Shown: positions 55,739 through 64,000 of the stretch, piece after piece
Numbering within the stretch: position 1 is the stretch's first letter
How the letters are laid out: every line of letters begins with the position of its first letter
NCBI GenBank assembly: GCA_039588255.1
Contig: JBDHAF010000014.1
Span: 469-64,468 of the forward strand
Reading direction: 5' to 3'
Source: Gemmatimonadota bacterium
Lineage (GTDB): Bacteria > Gemmatimonadota > Gemmatimonadetes > Gemmatimonadales > GWC2-71-9
DNA length: 64,000 nucleotides
The notes under the pieces: model-generated
Told to the model about the DNA's origin: nothing
Database searches by the model: none
The model's input: only the letters and a program-made list of their open reading frames with translations
Translations under genes and position numbers: made by a program

Positions 55739-56950
55739 TTACTCGTACCGCAGCGCCTCGATGGGATCCAGCGTTGAGGCCCGCCGCGCCGGCCAGAGGC
55801 CGAAGAAGATCCCGACCGCTGCGCTGAAGGCGAAGGCCATTCCCACGGCCTTCGGCGATACCGCGGTGGGCCACCCTTGGAGCTGAGCGAGGGCGTAGGC
55901 GCCCCCCGCTCCCAGCAGGATGCCAACCACACCGCCCAGCATGCAGAGGGTCACGGCTTCCACGAGAAACTGCAGCATGATGTTGCGCCGTGTCGCACCG
56001 AGGGCCTTACGCACCCCGATCTCCCGGGTGCGCTCGGTGACCGATACCAGCATGATGTTCATGATGCCGATGCCACCTACCACGAGGCTCACCGCGGCGA
56101 TCCCCGCCAGCAGGAACGTGAACGTCTGCGTGGTCTCCTGCGCCGTGCTCAGGAACTCGGCGCGATTGCGAATGTTGAAGTCGTTGGCGGCTCCGGGCTG
56201 GATGCCGTGCTCCCGCCGCAGCACCCGCTCGATCCCGATCATGGCCACGATCATCGAGTCGGGGTGGACCACCTGCACGTTGAGCGAGCGCAGGCGGTCG
56301 GTGCCGAACACCCGGAATCGCCCGGTCTTGAGGGGGATCACGATCTGCTCGTCCCGATTGGAGAAACCCTCGCTTCCCTTCTCGGCGAAGACGCCGACGA
56401 TCTCGAATGGGATGCCCCGGATCGAAACCTGCTGACCGATCATCGCCGCGCCATTCTGGTCCAACATGGCGGGCACGCCGTATCCCAACACGGCCACGCG
56501 GCGGCGGGCGTCGTCGTCACCGTGGGAGAACATCTCTCCCGACTCGATGTCGTAGCTGTTGACGGTGTGGTAGTCGGCCGTCGATCCTACGACGCTCACG
56601 TTGACGTTTCGATTGCCGTACTTCACCTGCTGGTTGCTCGACAACTCGGGCACGACGGCCTTGAGGGCGTACCCGTCACGCTCCAAGGCGTCTGCGTCGT
56701 CGGTGGTGAGACTGACACGGTTGCCGCTGGCCACGCCCATGCGCCACTGCTGTCCCGAGTAGATGGAGAGCAGGTCTGTCCCGAGAGCCTGGATTCGCTC
56801 CTCTACGGCGCGCTGCGCCCCCGTTCCCAGCGCCACCATGGTGATGACGGCGGCGACGCCAATTACGATGCCCAACATCGTGAGAAACGCGCGGAGCTTG
56901 TTCGTCAGGATCGCGGCAAAGGCGACTTGAACGATCTCTCCTGTAACCAC
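55739..56950 (-). CDS. MacB-type ABC transporter permease (MacB periplasmic domain plus FtsX domain)
   Basis: 403 aa. Contains LTNKLRAFLTMLGIVIGVAAV, a large periplasmic loop and a C-terminal FtsX-like 3-TM bundle (REIGVRKALGATRRNI). Confidence 0.9.
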   Translation of the reverse strand: MVTGEIVQVAFAAILTNKLRAFLTMLGIVIGVAAVITMVALGTGAQRAVEERIQALGTDLLSIYSGQQWRMGVASGNRVSLTTDDADALERDGYALKAVVPELSSNQQVKYGNRNVNVSVVGSTADYHTVNSYDIESGEMFSHGDDDARRRVAVLGYGVPAMLDQNGAAMIGQQVSIRGIPFEIVGVFAEKGSEGFSNRDEQIVIPLKTGRFRVFGTDRLRSLNVQVVHPDSMIVAMIGIERVLRREHGIQPGAANDFNIRNRAEFLSTAQETTQTFTFLLAGIAAVSLVVGGIGIMNIMLVSVTERTREIGVRKALGATRRNIMLQFLVEAVTLCMLGGVVGILLGAGGAYALAQLQGWPTAVSPKAVGMAFAFSAAVGIFFGLWPARRASTLDPIEALRYE

Positions 56951-58480
56951 TTACCGCCGTCCTCCCCGCGAGCCGCGGAGGCCGGGGAGGCCTCCGCCGG
57001 TCATGCGGTTCATCCGTTCTTGGAACTCCCGCTGCGCGTCCACCAAGCTCGCGCTGGGGAGAATCATTACGAGATCACCGGGGTTGAGTCCCGATTCCAC
57101 CTGGGAGTAATCCAGGTCCGTCAAACCGGTGCGGATCGGTCGCGCCTGGGGACCGGTCTCGGTCATGACGAACACGATGAAATTGCCGCCGAACTGAAAG
57201 TTGGTTGACTGGGGACGCCGTCTTCCGCCGTCTCCTCCGGGCATCCCGCCCCGTGCACCACCGCCCATGCCGCCACCGCCGGCGGCTCTCATCACTCTTT
57301 GGAGAATGGACCGCTCTTCGTCGGTCATCGACTGAAAACCACCACCCGTCATCTTTTCCAGTATGGGCTGGACCTGATCGCGGGTCAGGCCCTCCGGCAG
57401 CTCGATCGTTCTACCGCGCATCTCGACGGTGTTGTGATCTCCACCATGATCCGCAGTCCTGCCACCCAGGGAGGTTGTGTGCTCAGCTCCTGGCGCTTCC
57501 CGGGCCGCCGCCAACTGCTGCTGCACCGCCTCCATGTCGATACCCAGCACGCTCGCCGCGGACGCGAGATCCCGGTCTGTGCGCAGTGCCGCGTTCGGTA
57601 TGGCCATGATCCCGTCACGGAACCCGACGTGAATCTCGACGTCGGCGTTCATGCCCGGGCGCAGGAGGCTGCTCTCGTTGGGAATGCGCATGAGCACCGG
57701 GAACATGGTGACGTTTTGCGCCTCGGTGGCCTGTGGCTCGATTTTGAGGACGCTGCCGGTGAACGGTCGATTGGGATACGCGTCCACCGTGATCGTGACG
57801 TCCAGACCGGGATTGACCTTCCCGATGTCCGTCTCGTCCACCAGTGTGCGGACCTGTACCGTATCGAGATTGGCCATCCGCAAGAGAACGCGGCCACCCC
57901 CGACACTGCCGGTGGCGGAGGAGATCACGGTTCCCACCTCGACGGCGCGCTCGAGTATCACGCCGGATGCAGGTGCTCGGACCTCCGTGTCCTGGAACGT
58001 GATTCGTGCGTCCTCGAGGGAGCGCTGTGCCCTAACGAGCTGGGCGTTGGCGTTGGCGCGCTGCAAATTCGCGTTTTCGAATTCCTGTTCCGTGATCGAC
58101 TGGCTGGCGAACAGCGCCTCGGCACGGTCGAGCTGCGATTGCGCGTTTGCCAGTTGGGCCCGAGCGACGTTGAGTTCCGCCTCGGCCTGGACGACGCCGT
58201 TCTGCGGAATCCGCGGATCGACCGACACCAGGAGATCTCCGCGGTTGACGATATCGCCGGTCTCCGCCAAGACGGCGACGATCTCTCCGGAGGCCTTGGA
58301 TTTTACGTCGATGGTCTTGATGGGCTCGACGGCACCTTCCGCTGTCACCGAAACTGTGATATCACGGGTGGCGACCTTAACGAGCTGGTACACCGGCGGT
58401 TCGACCTCCTCTTTGCATCCCACGAGGAATGCGAGGGCCGCAAAGGCTGCCGACCGACGAAGAACGCAGGAATAGTCCAT
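56951..58480 (-). CDS. periplasmic adaptor subunit (MacA/HlyD family) lipoprotein with a large Gly/Met/Arg-rich insertion
   Basis: Lipobox FLVGC. Has a coiled-coil hairpin, RAPASGVILE, and an insertion at residues ~301-431. Confidence 0.85.
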   Translation of the reverse strand: MDYSCVLRRSAAFAALAFLVGCKEEVEPPVYQLVKVATRDITVSVTAEGAVEPIKTIDVKSKASGEIVAVLAETGDIVNRGDLLVSVDPRIPQNGVVQAEAELNVARAQLANAQSQLDRAEALFASQSITEQEFENANLQRANANAQLVRAQRSLEDARITFQDTEVRAPASGVILERAVEVGTVISSATGSVGGGRVLLRMANLDTVQVRTLVDETDIGKVNPGLDVTITVDAYPNRPFTGSVLKIEPQATEAQNVTMFPVLMRIPNESSLLRPGMNADVEIHVGFRDGIMAIPNAALRTDRDLASAASVLGIDMEAVQQQLAAAREAPGAEHTTSLGGRTADHGGDHNTVEMRGRTIELPEGLTRDQVQPILEKMTGGGFQSMTDEERSILQRVMRAAGGGGMGGGARGGMPGGDGGRRRPQSTNFQFGGNFIVFVMTETGPQARPIRTGLTDLDYSQVESGLNPGDLVMILPSASLVDAQREFQERMNRMTGGGLPGLRGSRGGRR

Positions 58481-58481
58481 G

Positions 58482-59165
58482 CTAGTCTTTCTCGTTCTCG
58501 AAGTCCTGCTCGATCAATCCGTCGAGGAGGTGAATCTGTCGCTGGGTGTGTCGCGCGATGTGGGGCTCGTGGGTGATGATCACGATCGTCTGTCCGGCGT
58601 CGTGGAGAGTCTCCATGACCTCCATGATTTCCTCGCTGGTGGCGCTGTCGAGATTCCCGGTGGGCTCGTCAGCCAGGACCATGCTGGGGTCGTTGACGAG
58701 TGCCCGGGCGATGGCGACGCGCTGCCGCTGGCCGCCCGACAGCTCGTTGGGACGGTGTTCCATGCGGTCCTCCAGGCCCACTTTGACCAATGCGTCCGCC
58801 GCCCGCTCCTGTCGCTCCTTTGCGTGCACGCCGCCGTAGATCAGCGGAAGCTCCACGTTGTGTAGGGCCGTGGCCCGCGGCAGCAGGTTGAACGTCTGGA
58901 AGACGAACCCGATTTCCTTGTTGCGGATGAACGCCAGCTCGTCGTCGTTCAGCTCGCTGTTCATGAGCGTCGACTTGCCGGAGCCCGATGGGCCCATGAT
59001 CGCCGTGAACTCGTTGCGGCGGATCTGGAGGTCCACCCCACGAAGCGCACGCACCACTTCACTCCCCAGCTCGTAGTCCCGGGCCAGCCTGTGGGTGAGA
59101 ATGATCACATCCTCCGCCGGCCTCTCTCCGGTTTGATGATCGAGAGCCTGCGCCGCGCCGGTCAT
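58482..59165 (-). CDS. ABC transporter ATP-binding protein (MacB/LolD type), apparently lacking ~20 residues after Walker A
   Basis: Contains Walker [11 protein letters not shown]-loop FVFQTFNL, signature LSGGQRQR, Walker [13 protein letters not shown] and H-loop ITHE. The sequence jumps directly from ...STLMN to [21 protein letters not shown]. Confidence 0.85.
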   Translation of the reverse strand: MTGAAQALDHQTGERPAEDVIILTHRLARDYELGSEVVRALRGVDLQIRRNEFTAIMGPSGSGKSTLMNSELNDDELAFIRNKEIGFVFQTFNLLPRATALHNVELPLIYGGVHAKERQERAADALVKVGLEDRMEHRPNELSGGQRQRVAIARALVNDPSMVLADEPTGNLDSATSEEIMEVMETLHDAGQTIVIITHEPHIARHTQRQIHLLDGLIEQDFENEKD

Positions 59166-60451
59166 ATGGTCCGCCCCGCGATGGCTTCGATTTCCGCCTT
59201 GGCCTGGAAATAGTCCAAGCGTGCCTGCACGCCGTCGACTTCGGCCTGGTCCACGTTGATCTGGGACTGCATCACCTCGAGAATGGTGGCGGCGCCGAGG
59301 CGGTACCGCTCCTGTTGCACGCGCAGGTCCTCAGTCGCCGCTGCCAGGCTCGCGTCTGCGATCTCGATGCGAATCGCCGCCGACTGCAGTGATGCGAACT
59401 GCTGGGTCAACTGGGCGTTCACCTGGCGCCGCGTGTCCTCAATCTGGGCGTGGGCGGCGTCTTGGGTGGCGCGGGAGCGCTGGACGCTGGTCTCCCGGCC
59501 GAAGCCGTTGAAGATCTGCCAGTTGAGACCGATCCTGCCGGACCAGCTACTCCGGAGATTGCTGAACTCCTGACCGGCCACCGATCGGCTATAGGATGCC
59601 GTGATGGACGGGAAGTACGCAGCCCTGGACACACTCACCTGGGCGTCGGCCGCTCGGGCGGAGGCCACCACCTGCTCGACGTCCGGCCCCTGCGCGAGGG
59701 CCTCGGCGCGGATCAGAGCCGTGTCGATGTCCACGATGAACTGCATTGACTCGTCCGGCACGGCCCGCACGTCACTGTCGTACCCGATGAGCCGGGCGAG
59801 ATTGGCGGAAGCCGTCGCACGTTGGGTCTGGGCGTTGATGAGCTGGAGCCGTGCGTTGGCCCACTCCACGAACGACTGCAGGGTATCGGAGCGAATGGCG
59901 CTTCCGGCGGCCAGCCGGTCCCGGGTCGTCTGCAGTTGCCGCTCGGCCCGTGTGATGCGCGTCTCGGACACCCGTACCAGCTCGTCTGCTGCAATGGCGT
60001 TGAAGAAGGCCTGCTTGGTCTGCAAGGCTATCTGAAACTCCTGCGCCACGTAGCTGGCTTCGGCGCTGGTGAGGTCCGCCCCCCTCGCCTTAGAGTTGGC
60101 GTTGCGGCGGAAGCCGTCAAACACCGTGTAGCTGGCGCTCAGGGAGCCGTTCATAGAGGTGGACGATCCCGAAACCGTGATCTGGTTCTGGGGGTCGAAT
60201 CGCTCGGAGGAGTTGATGCTCCAACCGGAGCTGCCGCTTAGCCTCGGCAGCCAGTCGCTGATGGTTTCCCGCTTCGTTGCCTGTGCCACCCGCACGTTTC
60301 CCTCGGCCTGGATGATGGCCGGGCTGTACCGCTGCGCGAGCTCGAGGGCCTCGTCCAGCGTGACCGTTGGAACCTGGGCCGCCACCGGAGGGACCGGGAA
60401 CGAGAAGGCGACCGCGCAGGCGATCGCCAGTATGAGTCTGCTCTTCATCAT
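59162..60451 (-). CDS. TolC-family outer membrane efflux protein
   Basis: 429 aa with a signal peptide, and [15 protein letters not shown] with a duplicated TolC repeat structure. Its stop overlaps the ATPase start (ATGA). Confidence 0.85.
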   Translation of the reverse strand: MMKSRLILAIACAVAFSFPVPPVAAQVPTVTLDEALELAQRYSPAIIQAEGNVRVAQATKRETISDWLPRLSGSSGWSINSSERFDPQNQITVSGSSTSMNGSLSASYTVFDGFRRNANSKARGADLTSAEASYVAQEFQIALQTKQAFFNAIAADELVRVSETRITRAERQLQTTRDRLAAGSAIRSDTLQSFVEWANARLQLINAQTQRATASANLARLIGYDSDVRAVPDESMQFIVDIDTALIRAEALAQGPDVEQVVASARAADAQVSVSRAAYFPSITASYSRSVAGQEFSNLRSSWSGRIGLNWQIFNGFGRETSVQRSRATQDAAHAQIEDTRRQVNAQLTQQFASLQSAAIRIEIADASLAAATEDLRVQQERYRLGAATILEVMQSQINVDQAEVDGVQARLDYFQAKAEIEAIAGRTI

Positions 60452-60472
60452 GGTTGCTTGCTGTTTGAGTTA

Positions 60473-60880
60473 TTATCGCCGCCGTCTGTCAGCCCGCGCG
60501 GCTCGCACGCTGTCGTCGCGGGCGATCATCGCCCGGTATATGTCGGCCTGACTGCCGTCGAGTGCCGCGATGATTCTGCTCCGTGCATCGACGCGAATCT
60601 CCTGGATGCGGCTCCGCTCTTCCTCCTGCAGTTCTCGGGATAGCGCACGCCAGCTCGAGCTGAACTCGTGAAGGACCGAATCGATCTGTTCGCGCTGTTC
60701 GGGCGACAGGTCCAGTCGCTCGGTGAGTGTCTCGATGTATGGCTTGCGCTCCGGCCGCTCGTCGGTTTGCTCGCGTTCCTCAATCGCACCGGACCCAACT
60801 CCGCCCACGATCAGGCCGGCCGCGAACACCGCTGCGAGGAGGCCAACGGCCATCACCTTCGATCTATCCATGGGACTCAT
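60473..60880 (-). CDS. Spy/CpxP-like periplasmic protein (LTxxQ-type motif)
   Basis: 135 aa with an N-terminal anchor/signal. Helical E/R-rich body with LSPEQREQIDSVL (LTxxQ-like). Confidence 0.55.
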   Translation of the reverse strand: MSPMDRSKVMAVGLLAAVFAAGLIVGGVGSGAIEEREQTDERPERKPYIETLTERLDLSPEQREQIDSVLHEFSSSWRALSRELQEEERSRIQEIRVDARSRIIAALDGSQADIYRAMIARDDSVRAARADRRRR

Positions 60881-60916
60881 CCCACTGGTTATAAGACATC
60901 TCCCGGTCTCCCTCCG

Positions 60917-61282
60917 TTAGCGCTCGGGGAAGGCTGCCAGGATGAACTCGACGTCTGGCGGATCGGCCGCGATGGTCAAGACCGACGCTTCGGTGGCTCG
61001 AAGCGCGTCGTCAGCCGTTACCTCATCCACGGTTCCCGGCGAGTTCGCCGAGATGCTCAACCCCACTGCTAGTGCGACGAGCACGGCCGCTGCTGCCAAC
61101 CCGGGCCGAGCCCACGCTCCCAAGACCTCCCACCAGCCACCGAGCAACCGGCTGGCATGGAATGCGCGGACGTCTCTCATCACCCGTGCCACGAACGCCC
61201 GGTTGTCTCCCGTCTCCAGCACTTCGCGCAGCGCTCTGCCCAAGTCCTGTAGCGGCTTGTGATCGAATGGTGAGGACCTCAT
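60917..61282 (-). CDS. putative anti-sigma factor (single-pass membrane protein, no zf-HC2 motif)
   Basis: The ATG at 61282 overlaps the sigma gene stop (ATGA). It has one TM helix (GLAAAAVLVALAVGLSI). The call rests on position only. Confidence 0.45.
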   Translation of the reverse strand: MRSSPFDHKPLQDLGRALREVLETGDNRAFVARVMRDVRAFHASRLLGGWWEVLGAWARPGLAAAAVLVALAVGLSISANSPGTVDEVTADDALRATEASVLTIAADPPDVEFILAAFPER

Positions 61283-61839
61283 ACGGCTTCCTCCTTCCAA
61301 TGGTGCTGCCAGGAGGTCAGTGCGGCTCGCAGTCGCCGGCGTGCGTGAAACACGTCGGAGCGCACCGTCCCCTGTGGAATACTCAGAATCTCGGCAATCT
61401 CGGCGTGGGAGTATCCCTCCACGTCGAAGAGCGTTACCGCCATCTGCTGCCGCTCGGGCAGCTCGCTCAGGGCCCCTCGGAACGCTTCCAGGAAAGCCCG
61501 GCGGTCGGTCTCTTTATCCGGCCCCGGGCCGCCTCCGGCCGTGGACTCGGGCAGCTCCTCGGCGGCCCGAACCTTCCGCCTCCGTCGGCGGTCCGCCGCG
61601 GCATTGGCCACGATCCTCATGAGCCACGGCCCAAAGGGCCGGTTGGGATCGTAGCGATTCAGGTGCCGGAGGGCCGACAGGAACGCGTCCTGGGCGGCAT
61701 CGTCCCCGTCATCGGGGTCTCCCAGCACGGCCCGGGCCACCCGCCGCGCCTGACCTGCGTAGCGCTCGACCAGCTCTCCGAACGCCTCTAGATCGCCGGC
61801 CTGGGCCCGAATCGCCAATGCCGATTCTTTCACATCCAT
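61279..61839 (-). CDS. ECF-type RNA polymerase sigma factor
   Basis: 186 aa from the internal ATG (MDVKESALAIRAQAGD). Region 2 (DDAAQDAFLSAL) and region 4 (TLFDVEGYSHAEIAEILSIPQGTVRSDVFHARRRL) are present. The upstream part of the track ORF is spurious. Confidence 0.88.
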   Translation of the reverse strand: MDVKESALAIRAQAGDLEAFGELVERYAGQARRVARAVLGDPDDGDDAAQDAFLSALRHLNRYDPNRPFGPWLMRIVANAAADRRRRRKVRAAEELPESTAGGGPGPDKETDRRAFLEAFRGALSELPERQQMAVTLFDVEGYSHAEIAEILSIPQGTVRSDVFHARRRLRAALTSWQHHWKEEAV

Positions 61840-61869
61840 TCTACGTCCGGGAATGAAGCCACGTTGACC
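61840..61869 (-). promoter_or_regulatory. ECF-type promoter candidate (AAC-N17-CGT) abutting the sigma gene ATG
   Basis: The minus strand reads GGTCAAC-gtggcttcattcccgga-CGTAGA-ATG. The AAC/CGT spacing matches the generic ECF promoter pattern, and the -10 element ends at the start codon. Confidence 0.3.
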
Positions 61870-61874
61870 GTTTT

Positions 61875-62453
61875 CTACCCCCCGCCGAGGCCGAGTAGCC
61901 CCTCGTGGGGCCTGAGTGCATCGATCATGAACTGGACATGGTCCTCCAGGGGGACCCCCAGCTCCTCGGCCCCCTGCCGGATGTCCTCCCGGTTCACACC
62001 CTTGGCGAAGGCCTTGTCCTTGAGCTTTTTCTTGACGCTCTTGACCTGGAGGTCGGTGAGGCTCTTGTCCGGTCTCACCAGGGCACAGGCCACCAGAAAG
62101 CCGCTCAGCTCGTCTACGGCGAAAAGGGTCTTGGCCATCTGGGACTCTCGGGGCACCCCACAATATGGCGCGTGGCCCAGGATGGCCTCGCACATGGGCT
62201 CCGGCAATCCCCGCTCCCGAAGGAGGTTGACCCCGAAGGAAGGGTGCTCCTCGGTGGGGGAGTGGTCCGGGTTGGGGTACTTCTCGTAGTCGAAGTCGTG
62301 CAGCAATCCCACCAGCCCCCACGCCTCCTCGTCCTCTCCAAAGTGGACCGCGTACGCCCGCATTCCCGTCTCCACGGAGTACATGTGCCGCCGGAGGTTT
62401 TCCGATTCGGTGTACTCGTGCATCAACGCCAGTGCCTCGTCTCGTGTCATCAC
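61875..62453 (-). CDS. HD-domain metal-dependent phosphohydrolase
   Basis: 192 aa. Contains RHMYSVE ... GLLHDFDY (the H...HD signature). Confidence 0.8.
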   Translation of the reverse strand: MMTRDEALALMHEYTESENLRRHMYSVETGMRAYAVHFGEDEEAWGLVGLLHDFDYEKYPNPDHSPTEEHPSFGVNLLRERGLPEPMCEAILGHAPYCGVPRESQMAKTLFAVDELSGFLVACALVRPDKSLTDLQVKSVKKKLKDKAFAKGVNREDIRQGAEELGVPLEDHVQFMIDALRPHEGLLGLGGG

Positions 62454-64000
62454 TTTGCCTTTTCAGGAGCCCACTGTTCGAGCCAGGACTGCAACACCAC
62501 GAGGGGCCACAGGGCCCGGGCGTGGTTTGCCCTCCCGGCCCGGTGGTCGGAGAGAAGTTCGTCGATCGGCAAGGCGGACAACACCCCTTGCCCGCCCCGA
62601 GGGTCGGGGTGGAGCAGCCGGTCCACCTCGTCCCGAAGACCCCCGTTGATCCATTGAGCGATGGGTACGCTCAGGCCACGCTTGCGCCGCCGCAGAACCC
62701 ACCGGGGCACCACTGTGGCCGCCGCCTCTTTGAGAATCCGCTTGCCGCGCCCACGGTGGATGATCAATTCGGGCGGCAGGCCCTTGGCGAAGCCGACGAC
62801 GTGCGGGTCGAGGAACGGCGCCCGGGATTCCAGCGACACCAACATCCCCGCCCGGTCGAGCTTGACCAGCAGTCCGTCTCGCAAGTAGGTGCGGTAGTCG
62901 AGCTCCATGGCCGCCCGTACCGGATCGGGATGGGCGACCTGCGGCAGCGAATCCCGGATCGCGGATTGGGCTCGCGGGGAGAGGTACTCAAACAGCCCGG
63001 TCCCGAACCAGCCGATGTGGCGGTCGAGCCAATTAGCCTGCGCGTGGCTGGTGAATCGCTTCATGAGCAGCGACAGCGGCACTGGACTTTCCGTTGCGGC
63101 GATCCGGGACGTGATGCCTTCCAGGCCTTTCCGGATGAGAGTAGGCGCCGAGACGTAGGCCCGGGCGAGGCGGTGGCCGAGGTACGTGGGGTACCCGCCG
63201 AATAGTTCGTCGGCGCCCTCCCCCGTCAACACCACGCCCACGTGATCCTTCGCCGCTCGCGCGAGGAGATAGGTGGGAAGCAATGCGGGGTCGGCCAGCG
63301 GCTCCGCCATGTCCCTCACCACGGTGCGAAATGCTTCGTGGAGTTCGTCCTCGCCGATGACGGTCTCGACATGGCGCGTGCCGAGGTGGCGACTTAGCCG
63401 GCGCGCGAAAGCCCCTTCGTCGTACTTGGTGTCGAGGAATGACGCCGTGAACGTGTGGATCGGACGCCTCGCGACACGGCACGCCAACGCCGCCAGCCAG
63501 CTCGAGTCGACCCCCCCGCTTGTGAAGACGCCGACCGGGACGTCGGCAGTCATCTGCTTGGCCACCGCGTCTTCCATGAGTCCTCGGAGGCGCCGGCGGG
63601 CGTCAGCCGGTGAGCGCGGCACCTCTGGCCTCGGGACCGGGATCTCCCGCTGCTTCGGGGGCGCTCCGGGGCCAAACGTGAGGCTCACGCCGGCAGCAAC
63701 CCTGTGGACGTGGCGGAAGATGGTGTGGGGCTCACGCACGTAGCCGAAGGTCAGGTATTCGAGGAGTGCCGTCTCGTCCAGCTCCTGGGACAGGCTCGGG
63801 TGGCACAGCAGTGCTTGGATCTCCGACGCGAACCAGATTTCCCCGTCGAGCGCGACATAGAAAAGCGGTTTTTCTCCGGCGCGATCGCGGGCCAAGATGA
63901 GCGTGCGCGCATCTGATTGCCACGCGGCGATGGCAAACATCCCGTCGACCTGCTCGAGGCCTGGAGCGCCCTCTGCGTCGAGCAGGGGTAGCAATGTTTC
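62450..64000 (-). CDS. asnB: asparagine synthase (glutamine-hydrolysing), N-terminus beyond the right edge
   Basis: Contains the PP-loop FTSGGVDSS, plus GEGADELFGGYPTY and LVKLDRAGMLVSLESRAPFLD. The reading frame is open to the window edge. Confidence 0.9.
   Translation of the reverse strand, partial: ETLLPLLDAEGAPGLEQVDGMFAIAAWQSDARTLILARDRAGEKPLFYVALDGEIWFASEIQALLCHPSLSQELDETALLEYLTFGYVREPHTIFRHVHRVAAGVSLTFGPGAPPKQREIPVPRPEVPRSPADARRRLRGLMEDAVAKQMTADVPVGVFTSGGVDSSWLAALACRVARRPIHTFTASFLDTKYDEGAFARRLSRHLGTRHVETVIGEDELHEAFRTVVRDMAEPLADPALLPTYLLARAAKDHVGVVLTGEGADELFGGYPTYLGHRLARAYVSAPTLIRKGLEGITSRIAATESPVPLSLLMKRFTSHAQANWLDRHIGWFGTGLFEYLSPRAQSAIRDSLPQVAHPDPVRAAMELDYRTYLRDGLLVKLDRAGMLVSLESRAPFLDPHVVGFAKGLPPELIIHRGRGKRILKEAAATVVPRWVLRRRKRGLSVPIAQWINGGLRDEVDRLLHPDPRGGQGVLSALPIDELLSDHRAGRANHARALWPLVVLQSWLEQWAPEKAK

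Noticed and set aside
1-64000. Search for CRISPR arrays, tRNA/rRNA genes and IS elements.
   Set aside because: I saw no regularly spaced short direct repeats with unique spacers, no tRNA-like T-arm/acceptor patterns and no transposase-like ORFs. The scan was by eye, so small RNAs could have been missed. tRNAscan-SE and Infernal would be decisive.

Overview
This is a GC-rich bacterial chromosomal segment. Third codon positions are almost all G/C, and nearly every real gene is shadowed by long spurious antisense ORFs. I support about 58 protein-coding genes, most of them tightly packed and often translationally coupled through ATGA/GTGA overlaps. I recognised no rRNA, tRNA, CRISPR array, transposase, integrase or phage gene.

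Core genes:
- gyrA, leuS, serA with a class-V aminotransferase, thrB, rnhA, a dCMP deaminase, and a thiolase followed by a partial 3-hydroxyacyl-CoA dehydrogenase.
- asnB, partial at the right edge.

Envelope and efflux genes:
- An adaptor/TolC/RND/RND operon at 10.7-19.7 kb.
- A seven-gene minus-strand cluster at 55.7-61.8 kb: ECF sigma, putative anti-sigma, Spy/CpxP-like protein, TolC, ABC ATPase, adaptor and MacB-type permease.

Signalling genes:
- A REC-GAF-GGDEF protein coupled to a zinc-ribbon Ser/Thr kinase.
- An orphan methyl-accepting chemotaxis protein.
- A second module of ECF sigma, zf-HC2 anti-sigma and a PDZ protein.

Other modules:
- A hipBA toxin-antitoxin module lying divergent to a PadR regulator.
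- A three-subunit molybdenum hydroxylase operon preceded by a YggX-like gene.

I found no clear multi-gene system of entirely unknown function. The observations most worth a second look are:
1. A GC-rich palindromic repeat family present at two loci. One fills a convergent intergenic gap; the other splits the molybdoenzyme operon.
2. A 4-hydroxybenzoyl-CoA-reductase-like Cys-rich loop in the FAD subunit of that enzyme.
3. The ECF-controlled Spy/TolC/MacAB cluster, whose ATPase appears to carry an in-frame deletion of about 20 residues.
4. Precisely phased operator arrays at hipBA and padR.

The ORF track writes GTG/TTG starts as M, so I re-evaluated several starts. Any phylum assignment (the proteins feel Gemmatimonadota-like) is only an impression and needs a database search.
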